Below, in pieces: positions 36,774 to 49,585 of a DNA stretch of 64,000 nucleotides. How positions within the stretch are numbered: position 1 is the stretch's first letter; each line of letters opens with the position of its first letter. Made by a program: the position numbers and the translations under genes. Location of the stretch: NCBI GenBank assembly GCA_004022145.1, contig RCNU01000008.1; one strand, written 5' to 3'. The notes under the pieces were generated by a model. It worked only from the letters and a program-made list of their open reading frames with translations. It did not search any database and was not told where the DNA came from. The stretch is from Paecilomyces variotii. Taxonomy: Eukaryota.

Positions 36774-36820
<47 letters not shown>
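36774..36820 (+). repeat. (TAC)n microsatellite, about 15-16 units
   Basis: Perfect trinucleotide run in the divergent SYN8 / RING-TRAF promoter. Confidence 0.97.
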
Positions 36821-37191
36821 GATCGCCCGATCTGCCCGTCCCGCCGCCCGCTCGTTCTTCCCCCCCACACTTCATCAGCCTCAATCCGATTCCATCCCTC
36901 TCTTCTTTCATAGCCACATCCCTGGCGTCGACAGTCGCAACGAAATAGGGGAATGCACATCCAGATGGATAAAACCATCAAGCCACTGTTTCAGCCTTAG
37001 ACTCAAGCACCAAACAAACAGCGATCCTTTGCCTGAACCAGCTAGATACCGTCCAGAACTTCGGGTACCTGCTTGCGAGGCTTGCCCGATATCGACTTGA
37101 CGGACTTGGCGGATCTTCTGCTGGGTGGTCTGACGGATGGAATACTACTTATACCCCTGAGCGCTTGCTATTCCTCTGCCCTCTCGACATC

Positions 37192-38605
37192 ATGACCACG
37201 AGTCTGTTGGATTTACTGGCCAAAATGGGGTCGGATAGGAGTATGGATGAACTGGTGGACCTTCGTGCGTTGGAGTACGTCTCCAGCTACGATGCACATC
37301 TAATGTGCCCGATTTGCCATTGTCCCTTCATCCGTCCGGTCCGTCTACAGTGCGACCATGTGTTCTGCCAGACCTGTTTGAATTCAGCAATGAATGCTAT
37401 CGACGTCAGCCCGGAGGACTTCACATGCCCGACTTGCCGTGCTCCGACGAAGGATATCTTCATGAATGTGCCTCGTCTCCTGATCAACATGTGCGACGAT
37501 ATACTAGTGAAGTGCCCCTATTCGGATGGAGGGTGCAAGGAAACTATACCGCGGGGTCACGTTCAGTCTCATGTCGACAAATACTGCGAGTATAAACTTA
37601 TGCCATGCCCAAGCTTGACGTGTGACAAGAAGACGAGGAAAAAGAATATGAGCCCTGACCACCGATGTATGCATACTATTCATCGATGCGATCAGTGTGA
37701 GGAGGCGGTAATGGAACAGGATCTGGAGGTATGCTGATCTCCTTTGCCCATCTATTCAGACTAGGCTGCTAACCTCCCACAAGGAACATGTCAATGAACT
37801 ATGCCCGAGTCTGAGAACAAACTGCCCAGATTGCCATGCATCTATTTTCCGAAATGCCTTGAAGGAGCATATTGATTCTTGTCCGGAAGCTATTCATCCT
37901 TGTCCAGCAGCGAAATACGGGTGCCCGGTGAAACTCAAAAGGGCTGAGCTTGGTATCCACGAGCAGAGTTGTCCGCTCATCACAATGGGACCTTACTTCG
38001 AAGCGCAGAACTCACGGATGGACTCAATGGAAGTGACCATCAAACATCTCAAACAGAGGAACGAGATCCTGGAGGATGGCATCGCCAACATCCAATCGAC
38101 ATTGATGGAGTCAACACGTGCTCCCCCAGAGTCGCGTACCAGATCATCAGGAAGAACGAGAAGTGATTCACCCTCTTCTCCGCAGGAGACATCATCAAAC
38201 AGCACCGTCGATCGATCGTCGAATCTCTCTTCTTCGACGGCAACAACATATCTTCTATCTTTGCATGAATCTCTGCGCGATGAAGTCGCGCAGCTATCTC
38301 ACGCCATTACAGACCTGGACGCTCGTGCGAGCATGGCCATTATGAATGAGAGCCTTCGGATCATGGAGGACATGGCCCACACCAATGCTGCGCTCAACAG
38401 TGTTCGCATGCAAGTTCATTGGTTGATGAATCCTCGTCTACACCAAGGACAAAGGTCCTCTAGCGTGTCCCCTGGAACTAGCAGTCAGGCAAGAGCTGTT
38501 GGATTAGGTTCATCGAGCTCTGGCTCAAGCAGTGCTGCTGGACCCTCCCCCTCTTCGAGGTCGCGGCGATTGAGCGATGGAGGAAGGGAAGGCACAAAAT
38601 TGTAG
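37192..38605 (+). CDS. RING finger plus TRAF-type zinc finger protein with coiled coil (putative E3 ligase); 2 exons
   Basis: C3HC4 RING CPIC...CDHVFCQTC...CPTCR and repeated TRAF zinc fingers (CPY...GC...H..KYC; HIDSCPE; CPAAKYGC). Intron 37729-37783. Confidence 0.88.
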
Positions 38606-39545
38606 CCCTTTCTGTACCAACCGCAAGACGGGTCATTTCCACGCATGAAAATGCGGCCCCATATTACGATAGAATGGTGACGGCGTTTCGGGGACTGGTC
38701 TATTTTGGGTGGCAGCCTTGGTGGAGTGATATTACAGGCGTTCATTGCAACATGATATCCCTATAGTTGTTTTTGGTCCCCTCCATCTTGTTTGGACGAG
38801 GAACTTGGACCAAGATAATACAGTCTTTTCCTAATAATACATACCTGCATCTACTTTTGGTCCTCTGAGTTCAGCTGTTGAAAACTAGACACTGCCGCTC
38901 GAATATACCGAGAACATAAACATAGATGTGTGCAAACCTGAGAGGACTCGTCTCCTGCATCCAAAAAATAATGAACAAGACATTCCTACCGTCTGGATGC
39001 CAATATTACACGCACGGTACGGTCACATCTTACTTTCCGCTGTCTACAGCATAAACAGCCCGACCGCGAGCATGTAATCCAGGGACTTTAACCATCCCGG
39101 TATGTTGTAGCCATCTATCCCTTTCTGCCAGAGGAGGTTTTGTACGGGATGTTTAAGCTTGTCTCGTCTTGGCTCTTATCTGGGATATTCTATCAGCCGG
39201 GCGTATATACACCCACCTCTGACTGGCCTTGGTTCTGTTGTTGCTTATCTCGAATTTCCATGTAGTCAGTTATGATGTTGAAATGATTCTCCAGCAGGTG
39301 TTGGACTACAGTCTGCTTCTACGAACAGAGATAATACTACGTATTGTACGCACTTTATCAAAGCTTTGTTGAAAGTGGTGTCAATAATGCTTACGCATTC
39401 TATTTTGAGTGCTGGCATCGAATGGGAGAGATAATGAGAGAAAAAGGAATAGTAGATACACGAAGGTTTTTAATGGGTAATAAATACAGATAATTGAGTT
39501 ATTTGGACATTGACATAAAGTCGTGAGTCGTATCAATGATACCAA

Positions 39546-42212
39546 TCAGTATCCATAGCCGCCTTGGCCACCAGCATGTCCGTAGTCTGGACCTTGGTGG
39601 CCGTAGCCTTGATTATGGCCATGATGACTATGAGGGTGATGACCGTGACTGTGGCTGGGGTTGTGTTCATAGCCAGATCTTTGATGGTAGCCGTATTGTT
39701 GCGGGTTGTGCTCTGGTGGAGGATAAGGCCCGGGAGCATAAGGACCTGGACTGTGGTGGTAGGACTCATATCCGCCTTGAGGAGGATAGCTTGGCCCTGG
39801 ACCGGCTCCGTATTGCTGAGGGGGAGGGGGTTGTTGGTAACCTCCATACTGACCACCCGGCGGCGGAGCTGGTTGATGTTCACCTGGGTAAGGTCTCGAT
39901 TCGGCCTCGCGGCTGGAGCCACCGCCGAGGAAGCTTGAAAGTTTGCCCTCTATCTTGCTCAACTCAGACAGACCTGGAATAGGCAGTTTGTTAAGCTTCT
40001 CCCAGGGCAGGGAGGATCCGCCGGATGATTGAGCTTGAGGATAGCTGCCGTGGCTATAGCCAGCTCCAGCTCCTCCAAGAGCGGGAAAGCTGCTGCCACC
40101 ATGAGAATGACCGGCTCCATGACTGTGGCCATGGCCATGGGCATCACCACCCGTCTGATTCTTTCCCGCTCTGACGCCCTCTGCACTGAGGATGTCGTTA
40201 AAGCTGGCTCCGCGGTCGGGTCGAGAATGAACCCAGTTCTGAACTGCCTCAAACATGTTCCGGTGCACCTCGTTGTTCATGTCTCTTAGAGCTGGATGAT
40301 GAAAGATATGCATAATGTCGTCCATTACCTTTTCCACAGGGATATCGATGTGCTGCCAGGCATACAGAACCCGGGAAGCGGCATATTTGAGGATCTCAGC
40401 GGCAACATTGCCAGCAGGCTCATTAAGGATATTGGAAAAGTGGTCCTTAGACAGCAGCGAGTGTGTAGGGTCGGTGCAATGAGGGTCAGTCCAAGGTTCA
40501 TATTGGTGCTGTCCCGATGCATCAATGACACCAGCGGATCCGGTCTGCAGAGACTTAGATGCTGCGTTGATGATAGGGCGGATAAAGGGCGCCAGGAGAG
40601 ACATAACGAAGACCGTCACGGTCTCGCTGATCTTTTCGACTAAGGCCTCCAGACCTGGGATCTTCTCGATTATCGATGAAACAGTCCGAACAACCTTGTC
40701 CCTAAACTGCAGGATAGGATATATCTGCTTAATGGTCTTCTGCGGATCGAAATCTGGTAATCCTGGCAAACCCGAGGGAGGCTTGCCTCCCGTCTGGGAT
40801 GGGACTCCTCCTGGCCCTGGAGCACGGCTCTGGCTGTAGGGATCGTCCACTGCCCAGCCGCTTCCTTGATCATAGCCATGACCCTGAGCTTCAAAGCCCC
40901 GCGAACTTCCGGTATCAGGGTAGCCCATGTGGATACCACGACTGCTGTTGGCATGCTCCTGGGCATCTGATACTTGCTTAAGGTGTTGTGCTTCCGTAAC
41001 TAGGTCCTTTGTACCAGGAATCTTTCCTAGAAGCCCCGTCAAATTGTTCAGTGGACCTGAAGAAGCATTCGCCTCGGCATTTCCAAGAGCAATGTCCATT
41101 TCATTAACCTCTGATTGAGTGAAGTGATCCGTAGCCTCTCCGAGCACGGAGTGGAAGAAATCGACCATACCGAAAGTACCCGTCACCAATGGGAATACAT
41201 GGTGTCCATGGAGGTTTATCTGCGTTGCTGTACCCGTGTGGGGGAATACGTTGTGGAATCCCATTTCTCGCAGGGCCAGCTCGCAGTAGTTTGTGTGAGC
41301 CCCGAAGTCTTCTAACGTGTGAAGACCCTGGCCTAGGCATCTCAAGGCCTCACAGAGATCCTCTTCCTTGCCCTTGTGGTGGCCTCCGTTGGTATACATT
41401 CTTCCATAGTGGATACTACGGCTCATGCTGTACTTGACGTAGGCAGAGCTTGTAGCCCAGTCTCCATGCTCATTGGCAATATAGTTCTTCATTCCGGTCT
41501 GCGGATCGATATCGAGCTCAACCTGGCGGACTGGAGGACGAAGGCGAGAGTCATATTGACGGGCATCTATGTTGTCTGCGTAGTCTTTCGGGTTGCTGTA
41601 ATTCCAAAGCATGTAAGCAATATGCCTAACTGGTGGTCTGCCTAGGGAGTTTAGACATACTCAATATGCTCCTCCGGACGATATACCCCCAACCTTTCCG
41701 ATGTGACTTCAAACTCCTCCGTAGCATAGCCAAAGCTGAGGAAAGCGAGGATCCAGACGAGAATGCGAATCGTATCCGCAGGGAGATTCTTAAGAGTTCC
41801 AACGTCCATTGCTTGGGAGCTACACAGATATTAGAGGTCAGTATAATAGACTCTGTTTCCCGTACATATTCCCAGCAGGGAAAGGATATAATACTGACTA
41901 GTCTCTTAGCCAGTTTCCAAAGTATACCCGCTTGACCATCATCGAAGTCCACTTGTGGCCTTTGATGAAGGCGATTGTTTTGAGCATATCCTCGATATCG
42001 CCATGGCGCCAGTTTTTTCCTTCAACAGCAGAAATAGATGCGATATCTATAGAGCATCAGCACTTCCATTCCGTATGGTGAACATGGCCTGATGAGGCAC
42101 GATAATACATACTGCCGGCACCGAAGGCATGGACCTGTGAGGGGAGCAAAACAAGCAGGACTACTAGGATAAGCAACATAGGCTTGACGCCGTAACCCGT
42201 TCCCAGAGCCAT
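39546..42212 (-). CDS. het-c: HET-C family protein with signal peptide and Gly/His/Tyr-rich C-terminal tail; 4 exons
   Basis: Spliced N-terminus LILVVLLVLLPSQVHAFGAGNIASISAVEGKNWRHGDIED, RVYFGNWLRDYSQAMDVG, LGVYRPEEHIDNPKDYADN, LHTLEDFGAHTNY, DPTHSLLSKDHFSNILNEPAG. Confidence 0.93.
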
Positions 42213-43883
42213 TTCAGCTGATTTCTGACGAATTCCTGTCCTCAGCTATCTGACGTGCAAAATATTAACTGAGATCGTGACGCCAAGTCGCTCAAGGACA
42301 GCTATGTCCTGATACCGGGAACCGACCCCACCTGATCGCGCCAAGATCTTCGGTAGGCACGCTAGAATGGGCGGCGACGCTGGGAGGGGATTTCACTGAT
42401 GCAAAGGAAAGAAGTGAATGTGATATGAGTGTCTGGTTCCAACGGAAAAGACGACGAGATGGATATTTTGTCGCGTGAGCCGGAATTGCCATATGAAAGA
42501 AATAGCAAATGACTACTGAACTCTTCAGCTGAGCGCAGAACAAAGAGCAGGCTGACGGCCAACACCATTGCGAAATTCGCCCCCATGGATTCTGTATCTC
42601 GCCGAGAGTAAGGATGTGTGGCGCTACATATTAGCACTGCTGAATATCGGCCTTTTAGGTACACACCTTTCACGGAGCAAAACCCTGTAGCTTGTGGCTG
42701 TGCCATGTTCTACTGTGCATTCTGCTAGATTAGCATTTGCGAGAAGCGGATAGCCACGAAAAGTTTGTCAGGCAGTTACTCCCTAGATATCTGTAGTATA
42801 TACAGCCTTGAAGACATGAGACCAGACATCTTGGGCTGAATCTTGAAACAGAACCTTGGAAATGCAACTAACAAAGTCCGGCTCGACCTCTGACAATTAA
42901 CATAGCTTCTGCAGTCCCTTCTCTGGAACAGTATAGCCATGGGATTACCCAACGTTTGAAATGTAATCAATATCTCATATGGGAAGCTCACTCTATAAAG
43001 GGGATATACGTGCTCTTACTCATTTTTTTATGTGATAACAAACATAGTACTGTACCATTGCTGTATTAACTATGCAGGTGCCTTTCAGATACTGTTCAAC
43101 CAAGTACGTTCAGACACGACTCAATGTACATACCACCATGAGAGCAAGATTTATCCATATCAAACGAGATAAGCCTCATTTCTAGATCGATTTCAAGAAA
43201 GAGACCACCCCTCATATATCTCTCAGATCATCCAGGATAAGATTAAAGCCATGGCATTACGGCCCCTTACTGCTAGCTTGGCTATCTGTACGATTCTGTG
43301 GATATCTTTTCCCGCAGAACCGGCCCGATACCACGAAAGCATGTAACCATAAATACTGTACAACATAGTAACGCTACCTGAGTTCTCAGTGACCAATATA
43401 TTTAGAACTCGTATCATTTAATGATAATTACCTGCCATGAAAAGGTTAGCGGGAAGTGGAGCTTCATATACTTAATCAGAAAGAAACCCCGCTTTAAGTA
43501 CAGATACCTAAGTACAGTACCTAGGTAACTAAATCGAGCTGGCGGGGTATCCCGATAACGAAAAACCAACAACTCGATCGTGGATTGTCAATTAGGAGAT
43601 CTCTATCCGCAGATTACTGGTAACTTGTAGGTTTCCGACAGTACAGTCTGATGGTCTATTGGACAGTTTCTTGGCCGATTTCCACCGTATACTTAGATAC
43701 GTCAAGAGCGTCAGGGCGATCGGGGCCTCTTTCAAGCTTACATCCAGCCGGAACTACTGGCTCGACGAAACTCTGCTCAATTTAGATACTACTATTATTC
43801 CATCGACTCCTGCAGTTTATCTGCACTAGGAGCATACTTCCTCTCGTTATCAAACTGCAGAACTTCAGGCTAGTCTTGGAAAA

Positions 43884-44861
43884 ATGACGACAACAACCAT
43901 GACCGCAAGTACCTCTACCCAACCAACTCCATACCTCGACGCTCTACAACGCGACGGATTCGTCGTCGTTCGATCTCTACTCTCCCCATCGGAAATATCA
44001 TCCCTCAAAGAAGCCGCCACAACAGCCACGACATTAACACGTTCAGGTGGCTGGCCCCATTTCCGCACTGTCCCCAAACAGTTTCCCCCATGGCCCAAGA
44101 CGCCGCCTCCAGCTTCCGAGGGCGGTATCTGGGGTGTGCAGCATCTGCTACACCCCGATATGCCGGGGCGAGAGGAATTTGCGAAATTCTATTTTTCAGA
44201 TAAAGTGCTGCGGGTGGTTGGGGAATTGGTGGGCGTATCAACGACAACCGCAGAGGATAACCCAGAAGAGCCTCTTGTCATGGAACTATTCAACCTGCTC
44301 GTGGCTCCCGAGACGAAGGACTTTGAACTTCGTTGGCACCGTGACGATATTTCTGCGGAAGTCACCCCAGAAGAGGAGCTGGAGCAACTCCACGCTAAGA
44401 GTCCTCATGGCAAGCAGTCGCACGCGCAGTATAACCTCGCTTTATGTCCGGATACATCTCTCATTGTGATCCCGGGGTCTCATCGTCGTGCTCGTACTGA
44501 GATCGAGCGTAATGCTGCGCCTTATGAACCGAGCTTGCCGGACCAGCTGGTCGTGGAATTGCAGCCGGGTGATGCGGCTTTCTATGATAGCAATATCCTC
44601 CACCGTGGAGTGTATAAGGCTAAACCTGAAGGTGGAGAGGAGACGAGGTTGACGTTGCACGGCAGTGTCGGGCTGAGGGGTACTGATGAGGATGGAGGCA
44701 CGAAGAAAGTCAGGGCGACAGCAGTCCTGCAACATGGAGTGGGCGCCTGGGTGGATAGAGATGATGCTGGGTTCGGGCTGGGGAAGAGAGCTGAAGACAT
44801 GAGGAAGAACCTTATGGCGATGGGCAAGGGTGATGATGTTGGGTATTCTCTGCAAGGTTGA
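43884..44861 (+). CDS. Phytanoyl-CoA dioxygenase (PhyH) family Fe(II)/2-oxoglutarate dioxygenase
   Basis: RDGFVVV, WHRD (HxD), LIVIPGSHRR, L.PGDAAFYDSNILHRG and distal R.TLHGS. Confidence 0.88.
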   Translation: MTTTTMTASTSTQPTPYLDALQRDGFVVVRSLLSPSEISSLKEAATTATTLTRSGGWPHFRTVPKQFPPWPKTPPPASEGGIWGVQHLLHPDMPGREEFAKFYFSDKVLRVVGELVGVSTTTAEDNPEEPLVMELFNLLVAPETKDFELRWHRDDISAEVTPEEELEQLHAKSPHGKQSHAQYNLALCPDTSLIVIPGSHRRARTEIERNAAPYEPSLPDQLVVELQPGDAAFYDSNILHRGVYKAKPEGGEETRLTLHGSVGLRGTDEDGGTKKVRATAVLQHGVGAWVDRDDAGFGLGKRAEDMRKNLMAMGKGDDVGYSLQG

Positions 44862-47800
44862 GAATAGTGTCTATGTCTATGCATAGACACAGTCTCTCAA
44901 TATACCATTGTATGCTATCACACCAGATATATGTACAACTCTAAGGAAAGGATGAATGCAGAACTCATCTCAGTTCTTGGTTATATCTACTTCTTAACTA
45001 CAGCTCCACTGGCCTGCCATCCTTGTGAATTATGCCCGTCGCAAGCCTCGAAAAAACTTGATTGTATTGTCACTTGTAGCAGTCAAACAATTCTTCGACG
45101 CTGTGTTGAAAGCATACCAGTCGGAAGAACGAATGAAAACCTCCACAGTAAGGAGACCCTATAGATGGTCGTTGCCTGCGATGGCATACTAGTAATCATT
45201 ATCTCGATGGGCGAACGATTTTCATTCGCCAAACTCGTCGTCGACATCAAACGTCGCATCTCTACTCAGCGTCGCTTGCTGCACCGCAGTATCCTGACCA
45301 CTCTTCATCCACCCCCATTCGTCAAGAAAGCAATATCCCTATCCTCCAAACCAGGTATATAAGCACTAATAATCAACGTCGCCGAGAAGGACGCACAGAG
45401 AGCAAAACGCGACCGTTTTCCATCCATAGTGAGATCCGGATGGTCTGTAAATCGAGAAATCGGGATCATTGAAGTACCCAGGCCGCTCATATCTGGCCAG
45501 TAAGGCATTATACTCGTGATTTCTATCTATGTTGTAGTTGCTATCGTTAGTCGTCAGTATACGACCAGTCCATACCCCTCACGAACCCGTGATAAGTCCA
45601 AATCAGGCAGGTAGTTTGTATGTGTAACTTGGCAGTTCTTGAAGACCGTTGATGAATCGAGCCTTACGCTCAGGCCTCGTGGTAGTTGGCATCTCGATCT
45701 AACTAATAATTCCAATCATTTCGCTTTCGATCTAGCTCTTTCGGATCGACACGTCGTACAGAACAGCGCTCTCACCAGTTATAAGCTGGAGGCGTGAAGC
45801 GAGGGGTCTTGTTGTAGGGCGAGAACACTGTGTGGGCATCATTGGCAGTCGTAGTTGCAGTCATTGATTTCCGTTAGATTTCAATACTGATTGATCGGCA
45901 GCCCAGATAGAAGTATGCCTGAAAGTCGGACAGTTGTGACTGGCTGCGAAGGCATCTTTTTCCAGCCACTTGGCGATGGTTGGCCTTGAGAGGTGCAGCT
46001 GATGCTTAGGTGGATTCTGACGGACTCGCCAGTCTATGTGTAAGATCTGTGACGACAGAGAGTGATCATGCTAAGCAGCATCCAGTTCTGAACATCGCGT
46101 GCTTGCCACCACCTATGATATCTCCGCGGGGCGTGATTGTAGAGCAGAATAAGATCTCCCGGTCTTAGCCTCATTCTTGGGAGACTTCCTATTGGAGCCT
46201 TCTGGTCCATTCCAGGGAGAGCCTCGCCTGTTATTTGTCGAATAGTAGTATAGCGGCAGAAACCTAGGAGGAAATTAGAATGCTTTGGTCAGATCTCGAT
46301 GTAATTACTTGTCAGGTGTCAGGTACTGTAAGCTGCAGTGTTGGCCGCATGTCAGTAAGACAGCGACAATATCTAGAATGAAAATATCTACACCGGTTAA
46401 TAAGTAAATAATGACCCGCATGGTGGCTGAATTGTGCCGTAGAGACTCAGAGTAGTAACTAGCGTTTCCATACTGATGCTTTTGTACTTAAACTGGCTAT
46501 TATTCCAATACGCGTCATCTCAGTGGCCAGTCTATAGTGTGTAGACCCTGAGCTAAAAACGTACCCTTAATTATCCGACTGGCTTAGTCCAGTGACTCCA
46601 GTCTCTGGTTGGAGTATGACTATGTACTGTATCATTCCATACAGGAAACCGATCAACAGATAGTTGAGCCGCAGAAGATAGTGGAGGCTCATATGTAGCC
46701 AGTCCTCGTAGGAGTGTAAGTGCCACTGGCGATATGAGTAATTACTCCGTGGATATGGCTTTGACTGGTCAGAATCCGAAGATAAGGCCTTCGAGATCAA
46801 TTGCCCCCTAGGGAAACCGTGCGGAAAATAAACGGTTCCTGGAGCCTTTGTCGTCATTATTTACGGTAGTGACACTTGGTGTATTTAAGTTAACTGGTTA
46901 GAAATGATGACTATAGTAATTGGTCAATCTCTCACCGCTACGTGGATCAACATAAGTTATTATTGGAATCAATATTAAATAACGGTTCGCAGATCTATAG
47001 CTGGAGAAGGAGCGATGCGCGTAGGTTACCCCTGAGAATCAATGCAGAGACTTAGTTAAGCTATCGAGCCCTTTCTGAAATTTGTAAGCGGGATGTGTTT
47101 CGCATGTCGCGCTTATACTTACTACTTAGTTACGGAAGAATAAAATTGCCCTTCCTCAGTTTGGATGTTGCCAACCACCTGGGCAGATAATTAACTAGTA
47201 CCTACTCCGTAGATAACTCTAGTAAGTAGCGGACTCACTCCATTGAGTCCGTTCCAAGGAACGGGTCTGACTTTAAGCTTTGTCACCTCTAGTGGTGCAG
47301 ATCAATGCACCCATAACTAACTATCCCGAACATTGGGCTACAACTTTACTCCGTACACACAATAAGGATCGAGAACAGACATGACGACGAGATTGCAAGC
47401 GGTTAATTAAACATATGGGACGACAGGTTTAGGTGACACGCCGCTAGCATGGCTCAAGCCCTCCTGAGGAGACTGGGATCATCCACCATATCTATTATTT
47501 CTCCTCATTGCGGAGGGCGGCCCAACGGTCCGTCCGCACGGGAACGAACCCGTTATGCATCTATATGGGTAGTAGATTCAACTATCTACAGATTCTACAC
47601 CGTATTCGCAGCTAAGTTCTAACATATGGTAGTCTAGTGGTAACTAGGTCCTGCTATTTGCCCTTATTCGACCCGGGTGCTAGATCCGGGTCGAAAAAAA
47701 AACCTGCAAATCCGATCGACTTTTGTGATGCATCATCAGCAACTATGGACGCTAATCGTTTCAACGGTCCATCCACGCGACGCCCCTGCAGGATAGTGGT

Positions 47801-48222
47801 GGCTTGTTGATTGCCGGCCGCCCACGGAACATTTCGTATGGATTCCTCGTGGTGGTCTTGGAGAGCCAATGGGCTTTTATTGGACGGTCCATACAAATGC
47901 TGCCAATGGTCTAGAGTTAACGGCCGTAGCCTTTCTGGGGAAAAGATAATGATACTGTAATTGTGTGTTCTTGTCTCGTCGATTGTTGCCCTCTTTTTTC
48001 GTATCGCCAAAGTAGCATGTGGCAATGAGTCCGGACTAGGTATGAGGAGGATTGGCGCTCTATATATGCAGCTGGGGGGGCACAACCCCAAGCAAGAGGA
48101 GGGAAAGACTAAAAAGGTGTTGAAGTCTATCGATTATTCGCCTTCATTCAGACATAGTTAACTAGCCACTGTGTTGAGCTGCCAAATACCTTAATTCTAA
48201 ACTAGTCACCAACCCGTGGGAT

Positions 48223-49050
48223 ATGGACCAGCGAAAGACCCCAAGACCCGGCAACTCGGAATCAGGCAAAGCCAAATATCGCCCTCAGCAATCCTGTCTT
48301 AGATGTAGGGAAAGAAAAGTTAAAGTGAGTGTGCCATTGTGAACATGGAGAGTACAATACAAATCGCCCAGGCCAGGGCCCACTGACCTCCCCTCTTCTC
48401 TTTCCAGTGTGACCGAGCAAAGCCGTGCGGTGCATGCTGCGCCCGCGGCTTGGAATCTGAATGCCAATATACCACGAACAGTGAGGAGCGTTTCCAGATA
48501 GGCCAGGCGGAAACGATCGAAAATCTCCGGAGACAGGTCAGAGAACTGAGAAAGCTTCTGAGGGAGACGCAGCCACCTGGAGAGTCGGGCAGTAGCGGAG
48601 ATCTCCAAGTGGAAGTTTATAGACCGTTTGGAGCATCCGAAGTTCAAGCCTCACATGCGGCAGCGGCTTCTGACTCTCCGGGACTTGTCCCTCAGTCGAG
48701 AGCAGAATCTGCAGATACTTTCCAGAATCCAGGCAGCACTGGAAATGTCCCGATTGGATTCGCGTATGGTTGGTTTCCCCTCCGCATTCAAAAGCACTCA
48801 TATAATGCAAGATCATGAGCATTGACTGATTACCATCTCTTGAATAGACCAACCCATTGCACCTGCTAATAGCACTGCTGGCATCCTCTCAGACCCAGAA
48901 CGCTGGAAAGGAAAGACGGTAATACTACAAGAGATTCTGGATACGATCAGCGCCTGCGACGACAGTCGAATCTCGCCGTTGATCCATATTATTCGAACAA
49001 GTCCTACGCCAGAAGATGCCTTTATGTCGATATACCAGAGCATCCAATAG
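48223..49050 (+). CDS. Small Zn(II)2Cys6 transcription factor (~221 aa); 3 exons
   Basis: Intron 48325-48407 splits the cluster CLRCRERKVK|CDRAKPCGACCARGLESEC, which is followed by the coiled coil IENLRRQVRELRKLL. Second intron 48769-48847; stop at 49050. Confidence 0.85.
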
Positions 49051-49585
49051 ATGCATACGTACATACATATATAGCACGTTTCGATTTCTTTGCCCGTTCA
49101 GACTTTGCCTGCTTCAAGAGCCAATCTGTCAATACCCTTAGCTGCGTTTGATACCATCTTGCCATCTATCTTGTTGCACAGTCTTGGTGGACAGAGACCT
49201 GTGCGTAGATAGCCGTGGCCGCGTGTTATGATGATTTGACGTTCGTTCTGCGGGCAATGATGGTTACACTATATCTTTTGGTACCGGATACTATCTAGTG
49301 AGTCTTGACTACATTTGCAAAGGATAATTTGGATCATATTCTTCAATTGTTTTCAAACCCTGCGATGCTATTCTGCACGCTAGGGCCAATACATCTCATG
49401 GCTGTAGGTGTATCTGCATCTGTATCATTCCATCGTAATCAATAAAGTGTTGGATATCATGAGTCTTCTTCCTTTTTCAGTTTTTTCATTTTTCATTTTT
49501 TCCCTCTTTTAGTTTGAGACATGGGATCATCGCAAAGACGACCCCTTGTGTGTGGATAAGGGTTTGCCAATGGGAGACTGCGCCA

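Noticed and set aside
45189-45864. Possible small spliced minus-strand gene (ATG 45864, donor 45775, CTAAC...TAG near 45525)
   Set aside because: The splice combinations I tried introduced stops; at best a degraded remnant.
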